Assembly (NCBI GenBank): GCA_036405235.1
Contig: DASWYA010000001.1
Coordinates: forward strand, 197,486-261,485
Direction of reading: 5' to 3'
DNA from: Candidatus Saccharimonadales bacterium
GTDB lineage: Bacteria > Patescibacteriota > Saccharimonadia > Saccharimonadales > Saccharimonadaceae
DNA: 64,000 nt
Shown one piece after another: positions 46,698 to 55,877 of this stretch. The position numbers and the translations under genes were made by a program. Under the pieces are notes generated by a model. The model made no database searches and was not told where the DNA came from. It worked only from the letters and a program-made list of their open reading frames with translations. The first letter of the stretch is position 1. Each line of letters starts with the position of its first letter.

Positions 46698-47669
46698 TTA
46701 GCTAGCGACGTTTTCTACCTTGATGCCAGGACCCATAGTTGTTGAGATGTTTGTAGACTTTACAAACACACCCTTGAGTGAGCTTGGCTTTTGTGACTGA
46801 AGGCTATCAAAGAATGCGCGTGCATTTTCTTCAAGCTTTTTAGCACCAAATGACGCTTTACCGATAGATAGGTGGATGATCGCTTGCTTGTCGACGCGAT
46901 ATTCTACCTTACCTGCTTTTGCTTCTGACACAGCCTTTACGACGTCAGCTGCAACAGTACCAGCTTTTGGATTTGGCATGAGGCCACGTGGCCCGAGTAG
47001 ACGTGCATACTTACCGAGTTTTGGCATGTAGGCAGGAGTTGAAACGAGCACGTCAAAATCAAGCTGTTCTTTGTCGAGCTGCTTAAGGAATGTTTCGTCA
47101 CCAACGACATCTGCACCGGCTTTCTTAGCGGCTGCGTGGTCGCCTTCTGGTGCAAATACAGCCACACGAATATCCTTACCGGTACCGTTTGGCAGAGATA
47201 CAGTTGCGCGGATATTTTGGTCGGCTTGACGTGGATCTACGCCAAGGCGAACATGCACTTCGACTGATGCGTCAAACTTTGAAGGACTGGTCTTGGATGC
47301 AAGCTCAAGGCCTTCAACTAATGTGTATACTTTTTCCTTTTCGAGAAGTTTAGCAACTTCTTGGTACTTTTTACCGCGTCGCTCTAGGCGAGGGCGTGTA
47401 ACTGGCTTTGGGCCTTTCTTAACGTGTGCTTCTTCGTCGCCTTGTGCTGAAGTGTCGCCTGCTTCCTTGCGCGCTTCTTTTTCAGCTTTTTCTTCTGCTT
47501 CTTTTAAAGCTTTCTCGCTTCGCTTGCCAGCTTTTGCTGGAGCGGCCTCTTTTACTTCATGCTTCTCGGCGCTTGCAATCGCTTCTTCGATCTCGGCGAT
47601 TGTGTTTTTCTCTGAAACTTCAAGTTTCAATTCTGCTGCTTTTTCGAGCAACTCTGCTTTTTTAGCCAT
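46698..47669 (-). CDS. rplA: 50S ribosomal protein L1 with a roughly 95-aa Lys/Glu/Ala-rich N-terminal extension
   Basis: I chose the ATG at 47669 ([10 protein letters not shown]..., AAAGGA RBS) over the GTG at 47753. The L1 core starts around [25 protein letters not shown]. Confidence 0.85.
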   Translation of the reverse strand: MAKKAELLEKAAELKLEVSEKNTIAEIEEAIASAEKHEVKEAAPAKAGKRSEKALKEAEEKAEKEARKEAGDTSAQGDEEAHVKKGPKPVTRPRLERRGKKYQEVAKLLEKEKVYTLVEGLELASKTSPSKFDASVEVHVRLGVDPRQADQNIRATVSLPNGTGKDIRVAVFAPEGDHAAAKKAGADVVGDETFLKQLDKEQLDFDVLVSTPAYMPKLGKYARLLGPRGLMPNPKAGTVAADVVKAVSEAKAGKVEYRVDKQAIIHLSIGKASFGAKKLEENARAFFDSLQSQKPSSLKGVFVKSTNISTTMGPGIKVENVAS

Positions 47670-47798
47670 AAGACTAATCCTTTCTGTGGTGCAAACGATA
47701 GTTCTAGCTATCTCCCAACATTGATATTGTCCTTCTATTATACCAAAAAACACCTCGGCTGTCGATGGCTGAGGTGTTTTCTTGGTTGGGCTCAGCCG

Positions 47799-48035
47799 CT
47801 ACGCGACTGAAAGCAATGTCCAGCTAGCTCCATTTTGGCGCAAGCAGAACGAGCGTAGTCCGTCAGTCAATGTGATCGTCCCTGTGCGAGACTTATCTTT
47901 GACATCCACACGAATACCATTGCCCTTAAAGTGATACTCGTGCCCTTCCCATTCCATCCGACTTGGAATCGCACACATGTGGCGACCAAATCGCATAGCG
48001 GTGACAAGAACCGGACTGTTAATAGATGTTTTCAT
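47799..48035 (-). CDS. Hypothetical small protein (78 aa)
   Basis: An AGGAGAG RBS lies 7 nt upstream of the ATG. No family was recognised. Confidence 0.4.
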   Translation of the reverse strand: MKTSINSPVLVTAMRFGRHMCAIPSRMEWEGHEYHFKGNGIRVDVKDKSRTGTITLTDGLRSFCLRQNGASWTLLSVA

Positions 48036-48326
48036 AGCATACTCTCCTATGTGGTGGGTTTGTTTTATAGAACCGAGTGATTGAGTATGAACTACAAGAC
48101 CGCTATGTTGGCTTCACTCGAGGCGCCGAGTAGCGTATGTCTGAAGTAGTGAGTTGCTTGTGATAGGGACGCTTTGCTTTAGAAGCTAGTGTGTATATCG
48201 TAGATGGTTTGAAAGTAGAAACCACTTATCGCTTGAAGCGGAGTACTTTCACAACCTGTCTCTATTGTACCGCGGCTATTCGTTGGAGTGTCAAGCTCAA
48301 AAATATCGAGTGCTATAATAGTAGTA

Positions 48327-50522
48327 ATGAGTAAACACCAACTGGTGATTGTATCTAATCGCTTGCCCGTCAGTGTGCGGCGCGAAGCTGGTAAGCTTGT
48401 ATTTGAGCCAAGTTCGGGTGGATTGGCAACGGCCATGACCTCTATAGGAGATAGTAAGAATCGTGTGTGGGTTGGATGGCCAGGGATTGCTTCTGATGAT
48501 CTGACTAGCGAAGAAAAAGATCAGATAGTAGAAGAACTTAAAGTGCATGGTTGCGCTCCGGTATTTTTGACAAAGAGCCAGGTTGAACAATACTACGATG
48601 GCTATGCAAACGATGTATTGTGGCCGTTGTTTCATTACTTTCAAGATACATCAAGCTACAAGGACGAGTATTGGCGTGTCTACCAAGAGGTGCAGCTTGA
48701 ATTTGCCAGGGTTACAAGCGAGCATGCCGAGCAGGAGAGTACAATTTGGGTGCACGATTATCATCTCATGCTGCTTCCTCACCTGCTCCGTCAAAGCTAC
48801 CCAAATGCCTCTATTGGCTTTTTCCTGCATATTCCGTTTCCGTCGTTTGAGATTTTCAGGTCGTTACCGCAGCGAAAGACGCTACTTGCTGGACTGCTTG
48901 GTGCCGACTTGATAGGTTTCCATATCTATGACTATGCCAGGCATTTTGCCTCGAGTTGTGAGCGTCTATTGGGGCTAGAGCCTCACGATGAGATGATGGA
49001 GTATCAGGGGCGCATGATCAAATTTGATACATTCCCTATTGGTATCGACTACAAGAAATTTTATGAGGCTACTTCACATCCGGCAGCACGTCAGGCGGAG
49101 CGAACAATGCGTCACTCTAATAAAGGTAAAAAGATACTAATATCCGTAGATAGACTCGACTACTCCAAGGGTATTCCGCAGCGGCTTGAAGGTTTTCAAC
49201 GCTTCCTCGAGGATTATCCTGAGTATCATGGCAAGGTGTGTCTGCAAATGGTTGCAGTTCCTTCGCGTACTGAGGTGGAGACATATCAGGCGCTGCGCGA
49301 TGACGTAGAAAAGACAGTCAGTCGCATAAACGGTATGTATGGCACGGCTGAATGGACGCCAATTTCCTACCGGTTTAAGAACTTACCTTTTGATGAAATC
49401 GTGGGTCTCTATATGGCGGGCGATGTTGCATTAGTGACTCCAGTGCGTGACGGCATGAACCTAGTAGCAAAGGAGTATGTGGCTACGAAACATGACGGAC
49501 GAGGTGTTTTGATCTTGAGCGAGATGGCTGGGGCGATCGATGAGCTATCAGAGGCGATTGCCGTGAACCCAAATGATACTACCTCTATTTCAAAGGCAAT
49601 TTTGCAAGCACTTACGATGACGAAACGTGAGCAAAAAGATCGCCTTCAGATTATGCATAGGCGACTTAGTTCCTATACGGTAAAAGCGTGGACAAAAGAC
49701 TTCATGAAAGAACTTGATGCGGCAGGACGATATTCTCGGCAGTATAGGCGACAGATGGATGACGGCGAAATCGCGGAGTTGCTTGAAGAGTATGACAAAG
49801 CCTCACGTAGACTGCTTATATTTGACTATGATGGCACCTTGCGAGACTACGTCTCGAGCCCGAGGGCATTCATGGCAATGCCATCCCTCAGATTGAGGCG
49901 TATGATTAAACGGCTCGTCGCAAACTCCCACAACCAGGTCGCTGTAGTGAGTGGGCGCTCTCGACAAGCACTATCTGCGTGGTTCTTTGATAAACGCATC
50001 ACACTCGTTGCCGAACATGGGGCATGGATTCGAAAGGACGGAAAATGGGAGCATAGGGCGAATGACTTCCATAAGGTTAAAAAAGAGCTGACGCCAATAC
50101 TAAAACAATATACTGCTCGGACATCAGGTTCGGCGATCGAAGAAAAAGATAGTTCCACTGTCTGGCATTATCGTAATGTCGTGCCAGAGCTGGCGTACAA
50201 TCGAGCAAAAGAACTCACTCGAGACATTTTGAGCATACTTAAGACTGATTCAATCGGCGTATTTACGGGGAATAAGATCCTTGAAGTGCGACCGAAAAGT
50301 ATCGACAAAGGCAAGGCTGTTACGGAGCTTGTAGAGAAGCACAAACCAGACTTCATTTTATGTGCAGGAGACGATTATACAGATGAAGACATGTTTGGGA
50401 CACTCAAAGAGAATGATAATGCACATACGATCAAGGTTGGCTCTGGTGATACAAAGGCGAAGCATCAACTAGGAGGTGTCGCTAGGATGCTACATTTGCT
50501 TAGTGAGATTTCGGCACGTTAG
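48327..50522 (+). CDS. otsAB: Bifunctional trehalose-6-phosphate synthase (GT20) / trehalose-6-phosphate phosphatase (HAD) fusion
   Basis: The N-terminal half is LVIVSNRLPV...GGLATAM (OtsA) and the C-terminal half is LLIFDYDGTL...GDDYTDEDMF (OtsB). The ATG at 48327 is preceded by TGcTATAAT 7 nt upstream. Confidence 0.85.
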   Translation: MSKHQLVIVSNRLPVSVRREAGKLVFEPSSGGLATAMTSIGDSKNRVWVGWPGIASDDLTSEEKDQIVEELKVHGCAPVFLTKSQVEQYYDGYANDVLWPLFHYFQDTSSYKDEYWRVYQEVQLEFARVTSEHAEQESTIWVHDYHLMLLPHLLRQSYPNASIGFFLHIPFPSFEIFRSLPQRKTLLAGLLGADLIGFHIYDYARHFASSCERLLGLEPHDEMMEYQGRMIKFDTFPIGIDYKKFYEATSHPAARQAERTMRHSNKGKKILISVDRLDYSKGIPQRLEGFQRFLEDYPEYHGKVCLQMVAVPSRTEVETYQALRDDVEKTVSRINGMYGTAEWTPISYRFKNLPFDEIVGLYMAGDVALVTPVRDGMNLVAKEYVATKHDGRGVLILSEMAGAIDELSEAIAVNPNDTTSISKAILQALTMTKREQKDRLQIMHRRLSSYTVKAWTKDFMKELDAAGRYSRQYRRQMDDGEIAELLEEYDKASRRLLIFDYDGTLRDYVSSPRAFMAMPSLRLRRMIKRLVANSHNQVAVVSGRSRQALSAWFFDKRITLVAEHGAWIRKDGKWEHRANDFHKVKKELTPILKQYTARTSGSAIEEKDSSTVWHYRNVVPELAYNRAKELTRDILSILKTDSIGVFTGNKILEVRPKSIDKGKAVTELVEKHKPDFILCAGDDYTDEDMFGTLKENDNAHTIKVGSGDTKAKHQLGGVARMLHLLSEISAR

Positions 50523-50832
50523 ACACAGGTTTCTTCTTTATTAGCGTTAATACGTCACGAGCTAGCAAAGGTAGCCCAACGGCAAGCACTAGATAAATAA
50601 GCGGGTTACGGTGCCACGCTCCAGTTGGGTTAAGGTGTAATAGTAGCCAATACGCTCGAGTAAGACCAATCGAGGGAGATGGTATATCGAGTCGCTGCCA
50701 GATGGAAAGCTCCGACAACCAATCGTATGGTACTAAGAATACTCCAATAGTGATTATGGCGAAAAAGCACAATCGGCCGCCAGGAGTCTGGAGACCGATT
50801 GCGTGAAGTGTGCGTTGTAAAATCTTTCGCAC
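50500..50832 (-). CDS. DUF2752-like small membrane protein
   Basis: The 110-aa ORF has a GTG start overlapping the upstream TM2 gene's stop by 1 nt. IPSPSIGLTRAYW...NPL resembles the CPGCGxTRA...NP signature with the Cys residues replaced. Confidence 0.5.
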   Translation of the reverse strand: MRKILQRTLHAIGLQTPGGRLCFFAIITIGVFLVPYDWLSELSIWQRLDIPSPSIGLTRAYWLLLHLNPTGAWHRNPLIYLVLAVGLPLLARDVLTLIKKKPVSNVPKSH

Positions 50833-51272
50833 TAGAGCGGCTGATTGCTGAAGCTGTTGAGCGCAAACAGACCAAGAGCATTCATGATGATGCTACTTAC
50901 GATACCGAGTGCAAAGAGTACGCCAACGATTGTCCAAGCAAGCTTTTTATCTTTCTCGAAGCCTGCAAGGTGATTCCCTTGGGCGTCCTTTAGGTTGTTG
51001 GTAAGAACCAGGATTAAATCGATAAGATACCAGATGCCGCATCCACCAAATGTGATGAGCTTCAAGACACCAAGACCAATGTAACCTAGGTAAAATCGGT
51101 CGACGCCAAGTCCACCGAGAAAGTAGCTGAGCATAGATGCGACGAGGTACGACTTTTCGCCTGTCTGAGGCTGCGGTGCTACTGGTGCTGGTTGAATTGG
51201 TGCTGGAGCCGGTGTGGGTGCAGACATTGGCTGCATGTCGGGCTGTTGGTTTTGTACTGGTTGGTTATCCAT
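50832..51272 (-). CDS. TM2 domain-containing membrane protein with a Pro/Gln-rich N-terminus
   Basis: The product has GGLGVDRFYLGYIGLGVLKLITFGGCGIWYLIDLILV, the TM2 signature. Confidence 0.7.
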   Translation of the reverse strand: MDNQPVQNQQPDMQPMSAPTPAPAPIQPAPVAPQPQTGEKSYLVASMLSYFLGGLGVDRFYLGYIGLGVLKLITFGGCGIWYLIDLILVLTNNLKDAQGNHLAGFEKDKKLAWTIVGVLFALGIVSSIIMNALGLFALNSFSNQPL

Positions 51273-51326
51273 GTGAAACTCCTTATGTTTACTGCCCGTT
51301 ACTATAGCAAACTGGCTTATTTCTGC

Positions 51327-51737
51327 CTAGCCCTCGACTGAGGGATTGTAGTCTTCTAGTTGCTTTTGCTCATGTTGATACAGTTCATGGTAGAGGTCGG
51401 TCTGGCGGATAAATTGGTCAATCATGATACCCGTATAGACGGCTGCAATAATTAGACCAATGATTTGTATGGAGACATACACGGCAGCGATAGTACCGGC
51501 AGTCTGGCGATGTTGTTTAACGTCTTTGATCTTATGACCTTCGGCATCTTTCATTTGATCAGTTAGGATGAGTACGATGTCAATCACGTACCATACGCCA
51601 AAACCGCCAACTGTTAGAAGCTTAGCAATGCCTGTACCGACTTTTCCAAGGTAGAATCTATCGACGCCGAGTGAGCCAAGCAATAGGCTAAAAAGGAATG
51701 TTGGCATGAATTCTTTTTGTTGTGAGTGCTGTGTCAT
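51327..51737 (-). CDS. TM2 domain-containing membrane protein
   Basis: The product has GSLGVDRFYLGKVGTGIAKLLTVGGFGVWYVIDIVLI, the TM2 signature. Confidence 0.7.
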   Translation of the reverse strand: MTQHSQQKEFMPTFLFSLLLGSLGVDRFYLGKVGTGIAKLLTVGGFGVWYVIDIVLILTDQMKDAEGHKIKDVKQHRQTAGTIAAVYVSIQIIGLIIAAVYTGIMIDQFIRQTDLYHELYQHEQKQLEDYNPSVEG

Positions 51738-51805
51738 GTCGGTAGTCTAGCATATAAAAATACCCCAAGCAATTACTACTCAGGGTATTTTAAGAAAGGT
51801 GCTAT

Positions 51806-52231
51806 TTAGTCGACTACTTCGACGCCCATTGAACGAGCGGTACCAGCAATAACCTTCACTGCTCCGTCGAGGTCAATAGCGTTGAGATGGTCGCGCTTCG
51901 TTTCAGCAATCTCTTCGAGCTGCTTGCGAGTGATCTTACCTACCTTTTCAGAGTGTGGCTTGCCGCTTCCCTTTTTGATACCGATCTTGTCGCGAATTGC
52001 GTCGTCAACTGGCTGTCCGAGAGACTTCCATGTGAATGTACGATCTTCAAAGACCTGGATGTGAACGATAACGTCCTTGCCCATGTCGCCCTTGGTTGCG
52101 TCGTTGAATGGATTGATGAAATCCATCATATTGAGACCCCATTGACCGAGGGTGCTACCTACTGGAGGACCTGCTGTTGCACGACCAGCTGGAATGCGAA
52201 GTTTGAGATTTCCTATAATTTTCTTTGCCAT
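51806..52231 (-). CDS. rplK: 50S ribosomal protein L11
   Basis: The 141-aa product contains KLRIPAGRATAGPPVGSTLGQWGLN. Confidence 0.93.
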   Translation of the reverse strand: MAKKIIGNLKLRIPAGRATAGPPVGSTLGQWGLNMMDFINPFNDATKGDMGKDVIVHIQVFEDRTFTWKSLGQPVDDAIRDKIGIKKGSGKPHSEKVGKITRKQLEEIAETKRDHLNAIDLDGAVKVIAGTARSMGVEVVD

Positions 52232-52312
52232 GTGTTTCCTTGTAAGTTTACTGCTAAATTGTTGAAGCGATTTTGCAGTGCGTAACGTAGTTATTATATC
52301 AGGTTTATAGCT

Positions 52313-52579
52313 CTATTCCAAGCCCTTGTCGCGTCCAAGCTGCTTGGCTTGAAGTACCATAGATAAGTCTGCTCGCAATGACTGCTGGTTAGCAAGTGCC
52401 GTATCTAGTTTTTCGCGCAGGTCTTGGACTTCAACTTGCTGTTCTTTTAGCTTTTCGTCGAGTTCTGTCTGTAAATCGGCAAGCCCCTGTTCACCGAGCC
52501 GTCCCAATAGAATTTCCGGAGTTTCCATGCTTGGACGATCAAACAGATCGAATAGGTTTGACTCCCCTTCTCGTGACAT
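52313..52579 (-). CDS. Hypothetical coiled-coil protein (88 aa) between nusG and rplK
   Basis: This is the internal ATG at 52579 of track ORF 52313-52630, which avoids overlapping nusG. The product is Glu/Leu/Gln-rich with a heptad pattern. Confidence 0.35.
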   Translation of the reverse strand: MSREGESNLFDLFDRPSMETPEILLGRLGEQGLADLQTELDEKLKEQQVEVQDLREKLDTALANQQSLRADLSMVLQAKQLGRDKGLE

Positions 52580-52583
52580 GTAC

Positions 52584-53129
52584 TTAAACCTTCTTGACCT
52601 GCAAAGCGTCGAGCTCAACAGGCGTGTCACGCCCGAACATGCTCACCATAACCTTGAGCTTGCCCTTGGCTGCGTCAATCTCTGAAATAGAACCGTCAAA
52701 GCCTTTAAACGGACCATCTGTAATTGACACTACTTCGCCCTCGGAGAAGTCGATTTGATGCTTAGGATCTTCTACGCCCATACGCTTCTTGATCTTGCTG
52801 ATTTCACTGTCTGATACAGGTGTTGGCTCTGTACCGCTGCCAACAAAGCCAGTGACGCCAGGTGTGTTGCGTACGATATACCAAGTTTCGTCGGTAAGTT
52901 TCATCTCGACAAGAACATAGCCTTGGAAAATTTTAGCTTCAATAACTTTGCGCTTACCGTTTTTAATCTGGATTTGTTTTTCTTTTGGCACCATGACGTC
53001 GAAAATTTTGTCAGCCATGTCGACGGCATTGATACGTTGGCGTATACTATCGGCGACTTTTTCTTCGTAGCCGCTGTACGTATGGATAGCGTACCACTGC
53101 CTAGTTGAATCGTAACGGTTTTTACTCAC
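52584..53129 (-). CDS. nusG: Transcription termination/antitermination factor NusG
   Basis: The 181-aa product has an NGN domain (WYAIHTYSGYEEKV) and a KOW motif (GEVVSITDGPFKGFDGSI). Confidence 0.92.
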   Translation of the reverse strand: MSKNRYDSTRQWYAIHTYSGYEEKVADSIRQRINAVDMADKIFDVMVPKEKQIQIKNGKRKVIEAKIFQGYVLVEMKLTDETWYIVRNTPGVTGFVGSGTEPTPVSDSEISKIKKRMGVEDPKHQIDFSEGEVVSITDGPFKGFDGSISEIDAAKGKLKVMVSMFGRDTPVELDALQVKKV

Positions 53130-53142
53130 TTTGTCGTTCTCC

Positions 53143-53448
53143 TTATTTCAGTATGAATTCGAATAAATATTTAAAGCCAGCATCTAGTAGAAGGATAAAG
53201 ACTACAAAGAAAGCGCTGAATGCCAAGACCGCACCTGTGAGTCCCCAGGTTGCTCGTCTAGTTGGCCAATGAACTTGTCGCAGCTCTTTCCAGGCTCCTA
53301 CGAAGTAGCCGACTATGCCGCCACGCTCCTCAACCTTTGGTTTTTTTGCTGCTTTTGGTGCCTTTGATTTCTTTGGCGCAGCTTTCCCTTTATTGTCACT
53401 TGCGGAAATGCGCGTGACAGTGTTGTTGCTCTTGTCGCTCTTTGCCAC
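53143..53448 (-). CDS. secE: Preprotein translocase subunit SecE (Lys-rich N-terminal extension)
   Basis: The 101-aa product has a C-terminal ELRQVHWPTRRATWGLTGAVLAFSAFFVVF pattern. It lies upstream of nusG. Confidence 0.75.
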   Translation of the reverse strand: MAKSDKSNNTVTRISASDNKGKAAPKKSKAPKAAKKPKVEERGGIVGYFVGAWKELRQVHWPTRRATWGLTGAVLAFSAFFVVFILLLDAGFKYLFEFILK

Positions 53449-53527
53449 TGCTCTAGTATCCTCCCAACTAAAATAGTCTGCTGCTGCAGACTGTCAAGTA
53501 TCACTATACTTCAGGGGGGGTAAATAA

Positions 53528-55168
53528 TCAAGCTTTTACTTTGGCAATCTTTATGTCTTGGCGTGCTGGTAACTCGAAGCTAAATGTCGATCCATGGTTG
53601 AGTCTACTCTTGACGTTGATAACTGTGCCGAGTTTTTTAGCAAGTTTGACTGCAACATACAAGCCAAGGCCTGTACCTCCTGTTTCTCTGGTACGGTAGT
53701 CTTCTGAGCGGTAAAATTTCTGGAAGATCTTTGCCTGGTCTGATTTTGAGATGCCTATACCTGTGTCTGCTACCGAGAAAGTGATAATATCCTTGTCGCG
53801 GGTGATTGTGAGCTCGATAGATCCGCTTTTTGTGTACTTTATTGAATTTGTAATGAAATTTTGCAGGAGTTCTTGGAGATAGAGTCGACTTGTGTCTACA
53901 TAGCCAAGCTTTCCGTGAGCATTGAGATTAAAATGAAGTCTCTTTTCTTTTGCTTGAGGAGCGTATTCATCATATAAACTGTGAGCTAACTCTTGAATGT
54001 CGATTACCTCAGTTTCGTCGGCGACTCCTCGCTCTGCGCGACTAAGGGTACTCAGATCGTTTACCATTTTCGATAGGAAAATAATCTGGTCATGCGCAAG
54101 TTTGAGAGTGTCCTTTACCGCTTCCTTTTTGCTACTGTCCTTTTCGAAAATGAGCCTAGCATTGTCGATAGCACCTTCTGTGATTGCAATCGGCGTGCGA
54201 AGCTCATGGCTCACTACGCTGATAAATTCGTCACGCTCTTCCTCGAGACTCTTGGCTTTTGTAACATCACGAAGTATGAGCATGTAGTCGGGTGCTTCAT
54301 CCTTTGTTGTATTGCCGCCTCGAATTGGGGCATACGTGAGTTCTAGCCTTAAGAATTCCTCATCAAGCTTAATCTGATAGGCATCGGTGAGTGTCACGCT
54401 CTTTGATTCGTGGAGTAGCTTCTTTAGTGAGACTGGTTTTTCATCCTTGTCGTATAATTGCACGATTGAATCAATATGACGGTTTTCTGGCAAGGAGTTG
54501 ATGTCTAGTAAGTTGAAAAAAGCAGCGTTATATATCTGCACTGTGCCGGAATGGTCAACGCCGAGAATGGCATCGGTAAGATTATTTATGAGAGTTAGAG
54601 TGCGGTCGCGTTGGGCTTGCTCTTTATGGTGACTTTTTTCTACTTCTGCTGTTTCTTGCTCTTTGCGGTTATTGATGACGACAGCAATCAGCGCAGCAAA
54701 CACAGATGTAATCATCGTCAAGGTGAAACCTAGTATTGCCTCTGTAGGTATGCTAAAGACAAACCATGCCGATATGAAGGTATAGACTAGCCCTGATAGG
54801 CTAAGAAAAAAGCCTTTCCACTTGAAGTAAATATGACTAACGAGCATCAGGATGGCCCATGAGACAAGGAACGGTGAACTGAGTCCAGCGATGAGCATGA
54901 CGTAAGCGTACGCAATAACATGATAAAGAGTGATGCGAACAGCAAGCGCTCCATATGTTTTTGCTTGAAACGCGTACTGGTAGATACTGAGTACAACTAA
55001 GCTGCCGATTACAAAGAAGTATCCAGTTGGAGTAAATGCGGGCGAAGCAGTTACGAGGCCGGCTAAGATGAGCGCACCATAGATCGCAAGAAAGAAAGGC
55101 AAAAATAGCCCTACATTTTGGAGCATGTACAGAATCTTTAGATCAAACTTGTCCCCACCACCGGCCAT
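53528..55168 (-). CDS. Membrane sensor histidine kinase with a PAS-like domain (no adjacent response regulator)
   Basis: The 546-aa product has about 5 TM helices, H-box VSHELRTPIAIT and G2 box GGTGLGLYVAVKLA. Confidence 0.8.
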   Translation of the reverse strand: MAGGGDKFDLKILYMLQNVGLFLPFFLAIYGALILAGLVTASPAFTPTGYFFVIGSLVVLSIYQYAFQAKTYGALAVRITLYHVIAYAYVMLIAGLSSPFLVSWAILMLVSHIYFKWKGFFLSLSGLVYTFISAWFVFSIPTEAILGFTLTMITSVFAALIAVVINNRKEQETAEVEKSHHKEQAQRDRTLTLINNLTDAILGVDHSGTVQIYNAAFFNLLDINSLPENRHIDSIVQLYDKDEKPVSLKKLLHESKSVTLTDAYQIKLDEEFLRLELTYAPIRGGNTTKDEAPDYMLILRDVTKAKSLEEERDEFISVVSHELRTPIAITEGAIDNARLIFEKDSSKKEAVKDTLKLAHDQIIFLSKMVNDLSTLSRAERGVADETEVIDIQELAHSLYDEYAPQAKEKRLHFNLNAHGKLGYVDTSRLYLQELLQNFITNSIKYTKSGSIELTITRDKDIITFSVADTGIGISKSDQAKIFQKFYRSEDYRTRETGGTGLGLYVAVKLAKKLGTVINVKSRLNHGSTFSFELPARQDIKIAKVKA

Positions 55169-55189
55169 AATGATGTTTAGTATAGCGTA

Positions 55190-55876
55190 TTATGAGATTG
55201 TTGGCGAGTATTTCTTTAGTGTTTGGCGATGCGCCTTGAAGTCGGGCACAATCTGTGCGACGAGCTTCCAGAATCTCTGACTATGGTTCATCTCTATCGT
55301 GTGGCAAAGTTCATGGATCAGTACATAGTCTATTAGTTCAAAGGGTAGCGTCATAAGTGCGATGTTCAGACTGATAGTGCCTTGACTGCTGCAGCTTCCC
55401 CATCGGCTGCTGGCGTGCGAGAAACGTACTTGCTCGTAGTGAAAGTCGTGCTTTTCTGCTAGGAACGCAAGTCGCTTCGGAAGATAGCTTTTAGCTTCTT
55501 TTCTCAGTGCTTTTATGACTACATCTTTGATGATCGATTGTGCTGATTTTGAGGATACATCGCTATCTGGTGCAGTAGTCTCAATCACTTGACCGCTTAG
55601 CTTCGCTGTAATCTTAGCTCCGTGCGTGACATGTATTGAGTGGCTCTTGCCGATCTGCATGCCGTGATAAAAGGCGCTGTCTTCAAGTGGTGTTAATAGG
55701 TTGCGTATTGAGTCTCGAGAAGATGTAATGAGGCGCTTGGCGAGAAATATTGGGGCGTACGGAGGCATACTGACGCGCAGGGTGCCATTTGGTGCGACGC
55801 TAAGCTTGACACTGCGAGCTTTGGCGGAGCGTCGAACTGTCACTTCACCAAATTCGTTGTCATGGAACGAGGGCAT
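55190..55876 (-). CDS. YgjP/DUF45-type (M48-like) zinc metallohydrolase
   Basis: The 228-aa product has an HELCHTIEMNHS (HExxH) motif near the C-terminus. Confidence 0.72.
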   Translation of the reverse strand: MPSFHDNEFGEVTVRRSAKARSVKLSVAPNGTLRVSMPPYAPIFLAKRLITSSRDSIRNLLTPLEDSAFYHGMQIGKSHSIHVTHGAKITAKLSGQVIETTAPDSDVSSKSAQSIIKDVVIKALRKEAKSYLPKRLAFLAEKHDFHYEQVRFSHASSRWGSCSSQGTISLNIALMTLPFELIDYVLIHELCHTIEMNHSQRFWKLVAQIVPDFKAHRQTLKKYSPTIS

Positions 55877-55877
55877 A

